DNA of 64,000 nucleotides from Ignavibacteriota bacterium. Its GTDB lineage: Bacteria > Bacteroidota > Ignavibacteria > UBA10030. The translations under genes and the position numbers were made by a program. The stretch covers positions 3,136,001-3,200,000 of the forward strand of contig OY969585.1 of the NCBI GenBank assembly GCA_963701295.1. Direction: 5' to 3'. Below the pieces are notes generated by a model, which was given only the letters and a program-made list of their open reading frames with translations, searched no databases and was not told the DNA's origin. Of the stretch, positions 30,806 to 39,214 are shown one piece after another; the stretch's first letter is position 1, and each line of letters begins with the position of its first letter.

Positions 30806-31079
30806 TATAGTTTATTTAATGTACAAACTTTCCGAAAAACAATATTCGCTAACATCATCATAACTTGAATGTTTCTGAGCACAGGCAGCGCATCGCCGAG
30901 ATTCTTTTCGGTGCTTAACATGCACTGCTTTTTTCTCGTACAAAACAAAACTTGTTGACAGCATAACTTATAGAAAGCAACCAATCGCGAATTTTGTACA
31001 ATGTGAATGAAACTTAAAGCCAGTAGAACGCGATTACCAAACCCCGCAAGTAACACATACAGAGCGCGCTGCCTGTGCA
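30806..31079 (-). ncRNA. ORF-less structured cassette, family copy B
   Basis: 13-bp stem 30879-30891 / 31066-31078. Confidence 0.6.
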
Positions 31080-31232
31080 ACATAACGGACGGCAACTAAG
31101 CTGCAGCGCTGAAATGCCGTAAGTTGCTGAATACAAAATAAGTTTATTATAAGATCTTTTAAACAATAATTTCTAAGCGCCATGCTTAACGTACCAACGC
31201 TCATTCTGTCAGCTTGAGTTGCTTGGTTAGGC
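31080..31232 (-). repeat. attC site (153 bp)
   Basis: Consensus arms. Confidence 0.88.
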
Positions 31233-31431
31233 CAACAGATTTTAATTTTATCACCATTGGTCGAAAGACAACGACCGATACTTTCAAAATGTACTCAACG
31301 AAATAGATACTTGCGCGTGCGGTGCAAACGAATATTCAATTTAAACGGCACGACGTAGATAGCATTCAAACACTCGTAACAACAAAACATTTTTAAAAAC
31401 ATAATTACTAAACTTTCGCACCGCACGCGCG
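31233..31431 (-). ncRNA. ORF-less structured cassette C (different sequence, same layout)
   Basis: 13-bp stem GCGCGTGCGGTGC 31313-31325 / 31418-31430. Confidence 0.5.
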
Positions 31432-31583
31432 GCCTAACGGACGGCAACTAAGCTGCAGCGCTGATATGCCGCAAGTTGCTATCAACAAACCAAGTTTATT
31501 ACAAAATCTTTTAAACAATAATCTCTAAGTGTCATGCTTAACGTACCAATGCTCATTCTGTCAGCTTGAGTTGCTGGTTAGAA
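31432..31583 (-). repeat. attC site (152 bp)
   Basis: Consensus arms; very similar to 31080-31232. Confidence 0.88.
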
Positions 31584-31664
31584 CGCACGCGGTAGAATGC
31601 TCTATATAACATATGCAAGCATAAAGAGAACTATTGTCAGGGAGTAAAACAAAACGACCGTCAT

Positions 31665-32354
31665 TTAGTCGTTTGTTAACTGCCGTGCCTGCTTGATTTC
31701 TTCAGCAATTTCTTGAATCACTTTCCAGTTACGGGAGAGCCGTAAATATTTCGGATGATATGTACGGTAACATAGCTTTGGCAAACCTGGATGCTTGATT
31801 CGAAGCAGCAAGCCTACTTCAGGAGTACACTTCAATCCGGGGAATGTCTCTTTGAGACGTTCGTCATATTTTGAGCCTGTAAAGAATACCACAGCGTCTG
31901 GCTGCGTAATATCAATTTCCTTCTGTAAAAGGCCGAGATGACATATCTCATTTTCTGCATCAGCATCAGGTCTTCCATTCGACTGATCAAGCTTCACAAG
32001 ATTCGACCATAAGAAAGAATGTGAGGATTGGCCAGTATTCACGACTTTTTGAAGTTCACTCCCAGCTTGCCAAAATGGAGAACCTTTGGATTGTCCGCTC
32101 TGCGTGAAGTTAGCATACATATTCATCAATTGTTTTGGAGAATATGATCCATCGGGGAAAAAAGTATCATCCCAACCATAAGTCTGCTGTCCAACTACCA
32201 TAACTCGAGTCTTAAGGACGCAGTATTCCGTAGGAACACAGATGAGCTGAGGTTTAGAAAGACCCTTATGTGACGTTCCGATAGATTGAAGACGTGTGAA
32301 GACGCTAGAATAAAATTCCAACAGTTCCTCGTTTAACTCGCTCGCTACCATCAC
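31665..32354 (-). CDS. Uracil-DNA glycosylase superfamily protein
   Basis: VMVVGQ, W.NLVK, EI.I.QPD.VVFFTG and TYHP. Confidence 0.7.
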   Translation of the reverse strand: MMVASELNEELLEFYSSVFTRLQSIGTSHKGLSKPQLICVPTEYCVLKTRVMVVGQQTYGWDDTFFPDGSYSPKQLMNMYANFTQSGQSKGSPFWQAGSELQKVVNTGQSSHSFLWSNLVKLDQSNGRPDADAENEICHLGLLQKEIDITQPDAVVFFTGSKYDERLKETFPGLKCTPEVGLLLRIKHPGLPKLCYRTYHPKYLRLSRNWKVIQEIAEEIKQARQLTND

Positions 32355-32642
32355 TTACCTGACAAAAAATATCCATATTGCGGCAAGAGTAATCCCACCA
32401 AAGCCACCTTCTATTGAGTTACGAGCATTATCTATAGACCCAATTCGGGATCCTCGATCATCACAGATGTCGGATCCTCGTACGAAGGCAATTCTGTTTC
32501 CTCGGTCGTCGAGAATAAAATCGCCCTGTACATATCCGAGTCGTCCACCTCGGTCGTCTTTGATATCGTTTCCTTGAATATAACCAACTCGGCGACCGGA
32601 GCTATCGTGAATATTATTTCCTTGCATTTTCATGTTAGGCAT
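32355..32642 (-). CDS. Small beta-flower-like repeat protein with C-terminal hydrophobic helix
   Basis: Four I.D.(R/S)G.R.G repeats. Confidence 0.65.
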   Translation of the reverse strand: MPNMKMQGNNIHDSSGRRVGYIQGNDIKDDRGGRLGYVQGDFILDDRGNRIAFVRGSDICDDRGSRIGSIDNARNSIEGGFGGITLAAIWIFFVR

Positions 32643-32722
32643 AATTGGTTCCTTTCGTTAAGGTTTATAAAAAACACGAATGGCAGATAATTATTTTAAC
32701 TACACCAAAAGTAATTCGTGCG

Positions 32723-32917
32723 TTCTAACGGACTGGCGCTAAGCTGCGGCGCTGATAATTTTCAAATTGCAATGAACGAAACAAGTTCATGCTGAAACCA
32801 AATTAATAAAAACAAAAGTTATAGGTACTAAAAACTGAATAATAAAAACGATAACCCACCACCAGCCATGCTTAACGTAGCCACGCTCATTCCGTCAGCT
32901 TGAGCGCCTGGTTAGGC
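32723..32917 (-). repeat. attC site (195 bp)
   Basis: Consensus arms. Confidence 0.9.
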
Positions 32918-33694
32918 GCCATTGGTACGTAAATTCCTTGATACCTTACCGATATATAACGCAACTTTAGACTTTAGCAACGGTTCACCATGTACAAAAA
33001 ATGGACCGTAAAGTTGACCACGTGACACTTTATTGACTGTACCGTTTGAAAGTTGTTCCATAAAGTTTTCTAAATCGGTTTCATTTTTAGCATGCTTTTT
33101 ATCAGTAGTTGCATTTGTAATAAACTCATGAACAAGCATAATTGATCTCGAACATCCCTTGCGCTCCGCTTCACAAAGCGCGCCAGCGCAAGCGGTGAGA
33201 AGCTGATAACGTAGATTACCGAAACGTGCACTGTCTTTCATTTGCAATCCTAATAAAGCCAAAACCAATTGCTCAGCACGGATTGCTCCATTAGAGTTTG
33301 GATCTTTCTTGCGTCGTTCAAATGCTTTCGAAAACGTTTGTGCAACCGATTCACCAAATGGCTCATCTGCTTTTGCCTCTACAGCTAAAAGATATAAACC
33401 GAATGTATCCCGCACATAAACAGCTATATCGCTATTTCGGGTTTCGCCAGAAAAGTCGTCGAACTTGAGTTTTGCTTCTGGCTCTGCAACCCATGTCAGC
33501 ACAGGGCCGAAATTTGGATGACCCGAAAGGATGGAAACAACTTCTTCCGGCATTTTATTTCCAGCTCCCAGCCAAGCGCGCGCAACTTCCTTCGCACTTC
33601 GTTCATCTTTCCATTGGTTCGGTCTTTTGGGGCCCGCATATCTACGCCACTTCTCAAGTGAATCAATTACACGGTCATTTTTATTGATTGACAT
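32912..33694 (-). CDS. DUF6946-like putative PD-(D/E)XK nuclease
   Basis: WK..RSAKE.A.AW, R..D...VEAK.DE.FG and RYQLL. Confidence 0.6.
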   Translation of the reverse strand: MSINKNDRVIDSLEKWRRYAGPKRPNQWKDERSAKEVARAWLGAGNKMPEEVVSILSGHPNFGPVLTWVAEPEAKLKFDDFSGETRNSDIAVYVRDTFGLYLLAVEAKADEPFGESVAQTFSKAFERRKKDPNSNGAIRAEQLVLALLGLQMKDSARFGNLRYQLLTACAGALCEAERKGCSRSIMLVHEFITNATTDKKHAKNETDLENFMEQLSNGTVNKVSRGQLYGPFFVHGEPLLKSKVALYIGKVSRNLRTNGA

Positions 33695-33711
33695 GTATTT
33701 TCTCCAATGGC

Positions 33712-33906
33712 GCCTAACGGACTGGCGCTAAGCTGCGGCGCTGATAATTTTCAAGTTGCTGATAACGAAACAGGTTCATGCTAATAACCAAATTGATAAG
33801 TATCAATGTTATAGATACTAAAAACTGAATAGTAAAAACGAAAAACCACCATTAGCCATGAATTTTGCAGTTGGCTCATTCCGTCAGCTTGAGCGCCTGG
33901 TTAGGC
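33712..33906 (-). repeat. attC site (195 bp)
   Basis: Consensus arms. Confidence 0.9.
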
Positions 33907-34713
33907 GCCAACGTCTTTGATACTTTCATTAAGTTCGTCGCCAGACTTGAGCAACTCAGAAAATCTCTTGATGAAACGAGCGGCCGGTGCACCATCAACA
34001 ATCTCATGATTGAATGAAACCGTGAGGCAAAGATGCTCTCTTGATTCAAGCTTGTTCTCGATAATCTTTGGTCGGTCAACAATAGTTCCTACCGTCACAA
34101 CAACAGTACCTCCACCAACAGGAATAAACCAGAGAGCCTCGTTCCCGAACATTCCAACCGCTGTAACAGCAACCTTGCCGTAACGTTTACTCATGGAAAT
34201 GCTATGAGATGCAGCGCGAATAAAGGTGCGAAGAAGAAATCTTGGGATCAAGCGAAACCAAAATATCCCAGAGAGTGCGCCTAACTCCCCTTGATTAGTA
34301 TGTTGAGCCGATCTAATCTCATCGTGAATTTGGCGATATGTCTTCATTTGTGCTGCTCGAATACCCAAAGGTTCGGGGACTTTTTCACTGTTGATATCAC
34401 GCTCAATGAGGACAGAAATTGCGATGTCATTGAGGAGAATGAGCTTTCGGCCCTTACGAAATGAATTCAGATGTGGATGTTCGGCAATTGCACGCGCCAA
34501 GCAAGTAACAATGAACGCTGTAAAGGAAAGACGTTCTCCAGTTCGCTGCAGATGTTCCCGAATGATACGCCTAGGCTCGGAAACGTCAACCTCAAGAATG
34601 CCATGGATAGTATCTTGCTCGTTGCCAATTGCAGCGGCAGCTGCCACCATTTGCCTATTGTGCGTGAATGGAATAGAACGATAGCCTGAAGATTTGATTG
34701 AATCTGACTGCAT
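33901..34713 (-). CDS. Stand-alone 2-oxoacid dehydrogenase E2-like acyltransferase domain
   Basis: LTVSFNHEIVDGAPAARF (DHR..DG-type motif). Confidence 0.85.
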   Translation of the reverse strand: MQSDSIKSSGYRSIPFTHNRQMVAAAAAIGNEQDTIHGILEVDVSEPRRIIREHLQRTGERLSFTAFIVTCLARAIAEHPHLNSFRKGRKLILLNDIAISVLIERDINSEKVPEPLGIRAAQMKTYRQIHDEIRSAQHTNQGELGALSGIFWFRLIPRFLLRTFIRAASHSISMSKRYGKVAVTAVGMFGNEALWFIPVGGGTVVVTVGTIVDRPKIIENKLESREHLCLTVSFNHEIVDGAPAARFIKRFSELLKSGDELNESIKDVGA

Positions 34714-34736
34714 CCAAAACCTTTCTTTGCGTTGGC

Positions 34737-34892
34737 GCCTAACGGTTGGCGGCTAAGCTGCCGCATTGATAATTTTCAAAATATACAAAACGAAACACGT
34801 TCATAGTACATACTTTCAAGTTAAAATAAAACCTATGTGCGCCATGAATTTAGTAGTGAGCTCATCCGGTCAGCTTGAGCCGCTGGTTAGAA
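34737..34892 (-). repeat. attC site (156 bp)
   Basis: Consensus arms. Confidence 0.9.
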
Positions 34893-35015
34893 CACACATG
34901 GCTGATTATTCAATTATTAAAATCATTGTCACGTTTGCTTTTTACGCAAAAGTAAATGTTATGGCTAAACATCTTTTGGAATTGCTCACTAAAATGTAAC
35001 CGAAACATCCTGCAG

Positions 35016-35546
35016 TTAAGTGAGTGAAATATTCCGTGGGTGTAATGGCCAATCTGGTCGTCCAGTGATGCCAGGATGCTTTGGAGGCACATTCTGTACA
35101 CGCCGGTAAAATGAATCTAGCTCCCAGAAATGAATTTTACCCCGATTTTCAGGTTTCCTGAGTTCATCAACATAATTGCCCATGATTCCATCCCATAACT
35201 GAACTAAAGGGGGCGCGTAAAACCGATCGATGAGATCCGGATCAACTAGTTTGTGCCGATCCAAAAGACCAAGGACATCAAATGCTCGGCACACCTTGTC
35301 GAGGTTTTCTAACTTTCCATCTTTTTTCATATCTGACCAAGTTTTATTCCTCTGGATGTATGTACGGATGATAGCACGATCCGGCCTTACCTCTTCCATA
35401 AATTTTACTGCATGCATGAAGGATTCTAATTCAAAAGCCTCATGTTGTAGTTTGACTTGATACTTGCTATTCCGGATAATAAGTCCTGTCATAATTGCAT
35501 ATGCAAGTAATGATCCGAACTCTAACACATTTTGAATAGTAAACAT
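35016..35546 (-). CDS. DUF4760-like membrane-anchored protein
   Basis: AAGGAGG RBS; N-terminal TM; F..LG.L....VD...W pattern. Confidence 0.6.
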   Translation of the reverse strand: MFTIQNVLEFGSLLAYAIMTGLIIRNSKYQVKLQHEAFELESFMHAVKFMEEVRPDRAIIRTYIQRNKTWSDMKKDGKLENLDKVCRAFDVLGLLDRHKLVDPDLIDRFYAPPLVQLWDGIMGNYVDELRKPENRGKIHFWELDSFYRRVQNVPPKHPGITGRPDWPLHPRNISLT

Positions 35547-35659
35547 TTTTATATATCCTCCTTAATTTTTTGATCATTTGGTTTTCTATATTACTATTTT
35601 TTGAATCACTTGTGGATGTTATCATAAGTTTAATAAAAATATTATAGCTGGTTTGTGTG

Positions 35660-35810
35660 TTCTAACGGACGGCACTAAGCTGCGGTGCTAATAACTTTCA
35701 AGTTGTACTATCTTCGCGCGAGCATCATTCTTACAATTTAACATCTACACTTTCGACGCGCGGTGAAATGCACCGTCGCTCATTCCGTCAGCTTGAGTGC
35801 TTGGTTAGGT
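35660..35810 (-). repeat. attC site (151 bp)
   Basis: Consensus arms. Confidence 0.9.
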
Positions 35811-36039
35811 TATAGTTATTTCGTTGTACAGAATTTCTTTTAAGATACACTTTGCTCACACCATCACAACTTTAATTTTTCTGACCACAGGCAGCGCATT
35901 AACGAGATTCTTTTTCTCTCGTACAAAACAATTCTTGTTAACACCACACACTTATTGAAAGCAACCAATTTCTAAATCTGTAGAATCTCTATAAAAACCA
36001 AAGCCATTTGACAACGACACAGAGCGCGCTGCCTGTGGA
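35811..36039 (-). ncRNA. ORF-less structured cassette, family copy D (first in array)
   Basis: 13-bp stem 35885-35897 / 36026-36038. Confidence 0.6.
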
Positions 36040-36114
36040 ACCTAACTATGATTAGACTGCATATCGCAGCCTAATACGCTTTTTTGAGTGTTAGACTGCA
36101 TATTGCAGCCTAAC
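36040..36114 (-). other. attI-like site with two palindromic direct repeats
   Basis: Core GTTAGGT not followed by attC arms; TTAGACTGCATAT(C/T)GCAGCCTAA at 36052-36074 and 36091-36113. Confidence 0.7.
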
Positions 36115-36196
36115 ATGATGAACTTGGTAACTATGAAACGGATTTTGGCAGCTCCCAACAATTCCCCACTTTCTTTAGATACTTATCCGCGCTGGT

Positions 36197-36225
36197 AATC
36201 TATCAATTGCGTCACTGAAATGCAA
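36197..36225 (-). promoter_or_regulatory. Candidate Pc-like promoter firing into the array
   Basis: TTGCAT-N17-TAGATT with extended TG. Confidence 0.5.
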
Positions 36226-36334
36226 GGGAATAAATTTCTATCCCCAAAGAAGCCCTAAGAGATAGCATTTAAAATAAGTGCTTACGAAAGAAGAAAACGC
36301 AGAAATGAGAATATATCGATATGCGACCAACAAC

Positions 36335-36373
36335 TCCGAAGTCTGATGCTCTATCCAGTTGAGCTACGGGTAC
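36335..36373 (-). pseudogene. 5' half of tRNA-Arg(TCG), broken after the anticodon loop
   Basis: GTACCCG-TA-GCTC-AACTGGATA-GAGC-A-TCAGA-CTTCGGA; the expected TCTGA and T-arm are absent. Confidence 0.85.
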
Positions 36374-36752
36374 GTCTTATTTTTGAGTCCCGCCAAACAA
36401 CAGCGGGATTCTGAGAATTACATCTACTCGCACAAAACACTCGTAGGCATTTTTCGAACTACAGGGACGTTTTAATGCTCTCTGATTCGTTAATAATTTA
36501 CAAAACAAACTCCCCTCTTGCAACATTACAATTCCAAGTGGTGTCCGGAGTTCTTCATCTGCTGTGCTTTTGCGTTTTGTACATCCACCGTGTTTTAACG
36601 GAATCTTTGGGCAGACATCCTGACACTATATATATGGATATATTAAAAAAAGAGAGATTCATCCTGCGCCAAATTGCAATCTTCAAATATTCATCCTCAA
36701 GATTTTACCTGTTATATTTCAGAGCTTATCGAATCGTTCATTTTTTCTTAAC

Positions 36753-36781
36753 TTGCATTTGAAGATGTACGAATGTACATT
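36753..36781 (+). promoter_or_regulatory. Candidate promoter overlapped by palindrome TGTAC-N4-GTACA
   Basis: TTGCAT-N17-TACATT upstream of the 36860 ORF. Confidence 0.4.
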
Positions 36782-36859
36782 TAGTACGTACGATGTTGTA
36801 TGATACAACCAATCTAAAAAAAATTACGATATTTCAGTTTCAACCTCAAATTAACAACT

Positions 36860-39214
36860 GTGGAGTGCGGGATGCGGAATAACCAAAATGAATCTCAGAT
36901 AATCGTTGTGAAACGATCATTGTGTGTTCGTAGCTTTGAAAAAGCAAACCGATTGATTGCTCGTTTCCGCCGCTCTCGGATTGCTTTGCTCTTTAGTGCT
37001 CTTGTGCTCATGGTACTCTGCTGTTTCCTGCTGATCGACGGATGCAGCAAAGACAGCGGTCCGACCGCTCCATCTACTACAGTAACGTTGCAGGGAAACC
37101 AGGCTTTTCATGCCGGAGCTGTCGCCGGGTATCAAGCAGTCGGTGCAGGCATATCATATCCTTTTACGGCGCTACAGCTTGCTAGTCCCACCGGCAGCAC
37201 GATTCGCAGTCTATCCGTTACGAATCTGTTCTCGAGTTCTAATGGCTTTAAAGCGCTCATGCGCACATCGAAGATTACAGACACACTCGCGTTTTTACCG
37301 CTTCTGAATCTTTATGGTGGTCATAGATTTAATGGGAATGTATTGACTTTATTTTTTTATAGCGATGCGGCAGGTACGCAGTCTGCGGGAAATGTTGCGG
37401 TAACGTTGCCTGCGAATACCACTAATCCACTGGATCCAACCAGCTATGCCTCCTACCCAGCTAACATCACAATCGCTATGAATATTACTGGGGGCAATCT
37501 GCCATGTACAGGAAACCTCGTGGTTAGTTTCACGGGTGGAACAGGTGCAAATACGATGACAGGAACAAATACACTGACCAAGGACAATGTTGTATTCGAT
37601 CTGAACCTTGCTCTTGATAACCAGATGAATGCAACTGGGTCGATTACTATTACAGAGAGCGGCGCTACAATAGAAGCAACAAATGTGAAAGGCGCAGTGT
37701 ACGCTTACCTCACCTGCGATGTGAAGATTAATCCTTATGGCTGGATTGGAACCGGCACACTCAACCTAATACAGGGTTCGATGACAGCAAATGTGTATAC
37801 AGGCACTGGAACATCCACTGCCACATCAGATAGTCTCGGCAGTCTGAACATTAACTATGCAGATGGCACTCATGAGATTGTGGTTAACGCGCTCTCAGGA
37901 GGCTTGACAAGTTCAATTACCTCGCCGGTCAGCATCACGGCAACTAGCGGTTCGTCGCAGAGTGCCACGATTAACACAGCTTTTTCCTCGCCTTTAGTTG
38001 CAACAGTTAAAGACCAGAGCAGCATTCCGGTAAGCGGAGCGACGGTTACTTTTACAGCACCGTCATCCGGACAGAGTTGTACTTTTACAGGTGGAGCCAC
38101 TGCGATTACCGCAACCACCAATGCACAGGGACAGGCACAAGTCACCGTTACCGCGAATGCCATAGCCGGGAACTACAATGTGACGGCATCAGTGGCTGGT
38201 GTTACAACGACAGCAACTTTCTCGTTGACGAACAACAGTCTAAATACTGGATATAATGCGCCACTTTTCTATAACAGCAGCCAGGGAACAATCGTAACTA
38301 TCAACAATAATGGTCAGTCCATCGGCTATCTATCATCAACTATGGGTTCTAGTTATACGGTACCGGTTTACTGGTCCACACCCACTTCTCAGCCGCAGAC
38401 CCTTCAAATCGCTACAGGTGACAGCTCAGCTGTTGCGAAGGGGCTTAACGACAACGGCCAGCTTGTTGGCTACTCTGCTGGTGGTACATATATCGTTAAT
38501 CCCGATTATTATACTGATACGAAACCTATTTATTGGTCAAGCCCAACGGCGAAGCCAGAATACCTGGCGGTGCCTAGTAAGTGGTATAATGCGTATGCAA
38601 TGAGCATCAACAATAGCGGGCAGATTGTTGGTTATGCATTGAACGGAACTGTCGTTATTCCCCTTTACTGGTCTAGCCCAACTGACACGCCTCAGGTGCT
38701 TGCGGGTACCTCAGTTAATGGACCGAGCTTCATCACTTCCAATGGTCAGATCTTAGGTGATTTTACTCCATATTACGTAAAGAGCGAAGTGGTCTGGACT
38801 AGCCCGACGGCTCAACCTATTGTGCTGAAAAGTCTTGCTGCAAGCGCTACTATATATCCCTACTCTATTAATACATCAGGCGTAATTGTGGGAGAAAACT
38901 TAGATACGAGCGGTCAAACTGCCGTGACCTGGGCAAATGCCAACGCATCCCCTCAGGCGCTGCCTCTACCACATGTGCCATCTATATTGGGTATCACCAA
39001 CGCTGCCAGCATCAATACCGCAGGTGTTATCGTTGGCTCATTCAGCAACGGCCAAGGCGGTGGAGATTGCATGATCTGGAAGAATGGGCAGGTACAGGAC
39101 CTTGCCGTCTTGATTAGCTATTCCCTTGGTCCAGCTACGTTAATCACAGATAAGGGTTGGATACTTGGTACAGCGTATTATGGATACAATCAATACATCC
39201 TTATTCCCAAGTGA
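36860..39214 (+). CDS. Surface lipoprotein with Big_1 (invasin-type Ig) domain and C-terminal HAF-like propeller repeats
   Basis: Lipobox-like IDGC; L.ATVKD...PV.G.TVTF and TNAQG.A; A..IN..GQIVG repeats; start uncertain. Confidence 0.75.
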   Translation: MECGMRNNQNESQIIVVKRSLCVRSFEKANRLIARFRRSRIALLFSALVLMVLCCFLLIDGCSKDSGPTAPSTTVTLQGNQAFHAGAVAGYQAVGAGISYPFTALQLASPTGSTIRSLSVTNLFSSSNGFKALMRTSKITDTLAFLPLLNLYGGHRFNGNVLTLFFYSDAAGTQSAGNVAVTLPANTTNPLDPTSYASYPANITIAMNITGGNLPCTGNLVVSFTGGTGANTMTGTNTLTKDNVVFDLNLALDNQMNATGSITITESGATIEATNVKGAVYAYLTCDVKINPYGWIGTGTLNLIQGSMTANVYTGTGTSTATSDSLGSLNINYADGTHEIVVNALSGGLTSSITSPVSITATSGSSQSATINTAFSSPLVATVKDQSSIPVSGATVTFTAPSSGQSCTFTGGATAITATTNAQGQAQVTVTANAIAGNYNVTASVAGVTTTATFSLTNNSLNTGYNAPLFYNSSQGTIVTINNNGQSIGYLSSTMGSSYTVPVYWSTPTSQPQTLQIATGDSSAVAKGLNDNGQLVGYSAGGTYIVNPDYYTDTKPIYWSSPTAKPEYLAVPSKWYNAYAMSINNSGQIVGYALNGTVVIPLYWSSPTDTPQVLAGTSVNGPSFITSNGQILGDFTPYYVKSEVVWTSPTAQPIVLKSLAASATIYPYSINTSGVIVGENLDTSGQTAVTWANANASPQALPLPHVPSILGITNAASINTAGVIVGSFSNGQGGGDCMIWKNGQVQDLAVLISYSLGPATLITDKGWILGTAYYGYNQYILIPK

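Larger units (their letters stand above)
1..36114 (-). mobile_element. Integron cassette array lacking an adjacent integrase (CALIN/superintegron-like); runs off the left edge
   Basis: About 30 related attC elements separate 1-2 gene units that are almost all on the minus strand. Minus-strand consensus is GCCTAAC-CAGGC-GCTCAAGC-TGACGG...CCGCA-GCTTAGC-N8-GTTAGGC, which fits the R''/L''/L'/R' architecture with two extrahelical bases. Confidence 0.93.

Noticed and set aside
30437-31095. ORFs 30437-30664 and 30805-31095 as small proteins
   Set aside because: They start at TTG inside the upstream attC, no equivalent ORF is listed for copy D, and indels between copies break the frame.
3213-35810. 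Repeats as a CRISPR array
   Set aside because: Units are 100-226 bp imperfect palindromes separated by whole genes, with attC boxes and no cas genes.
36120-36335. Group I intron in the tRNA
   Set aside because: No recognisable catalytic core and no downstream exon.
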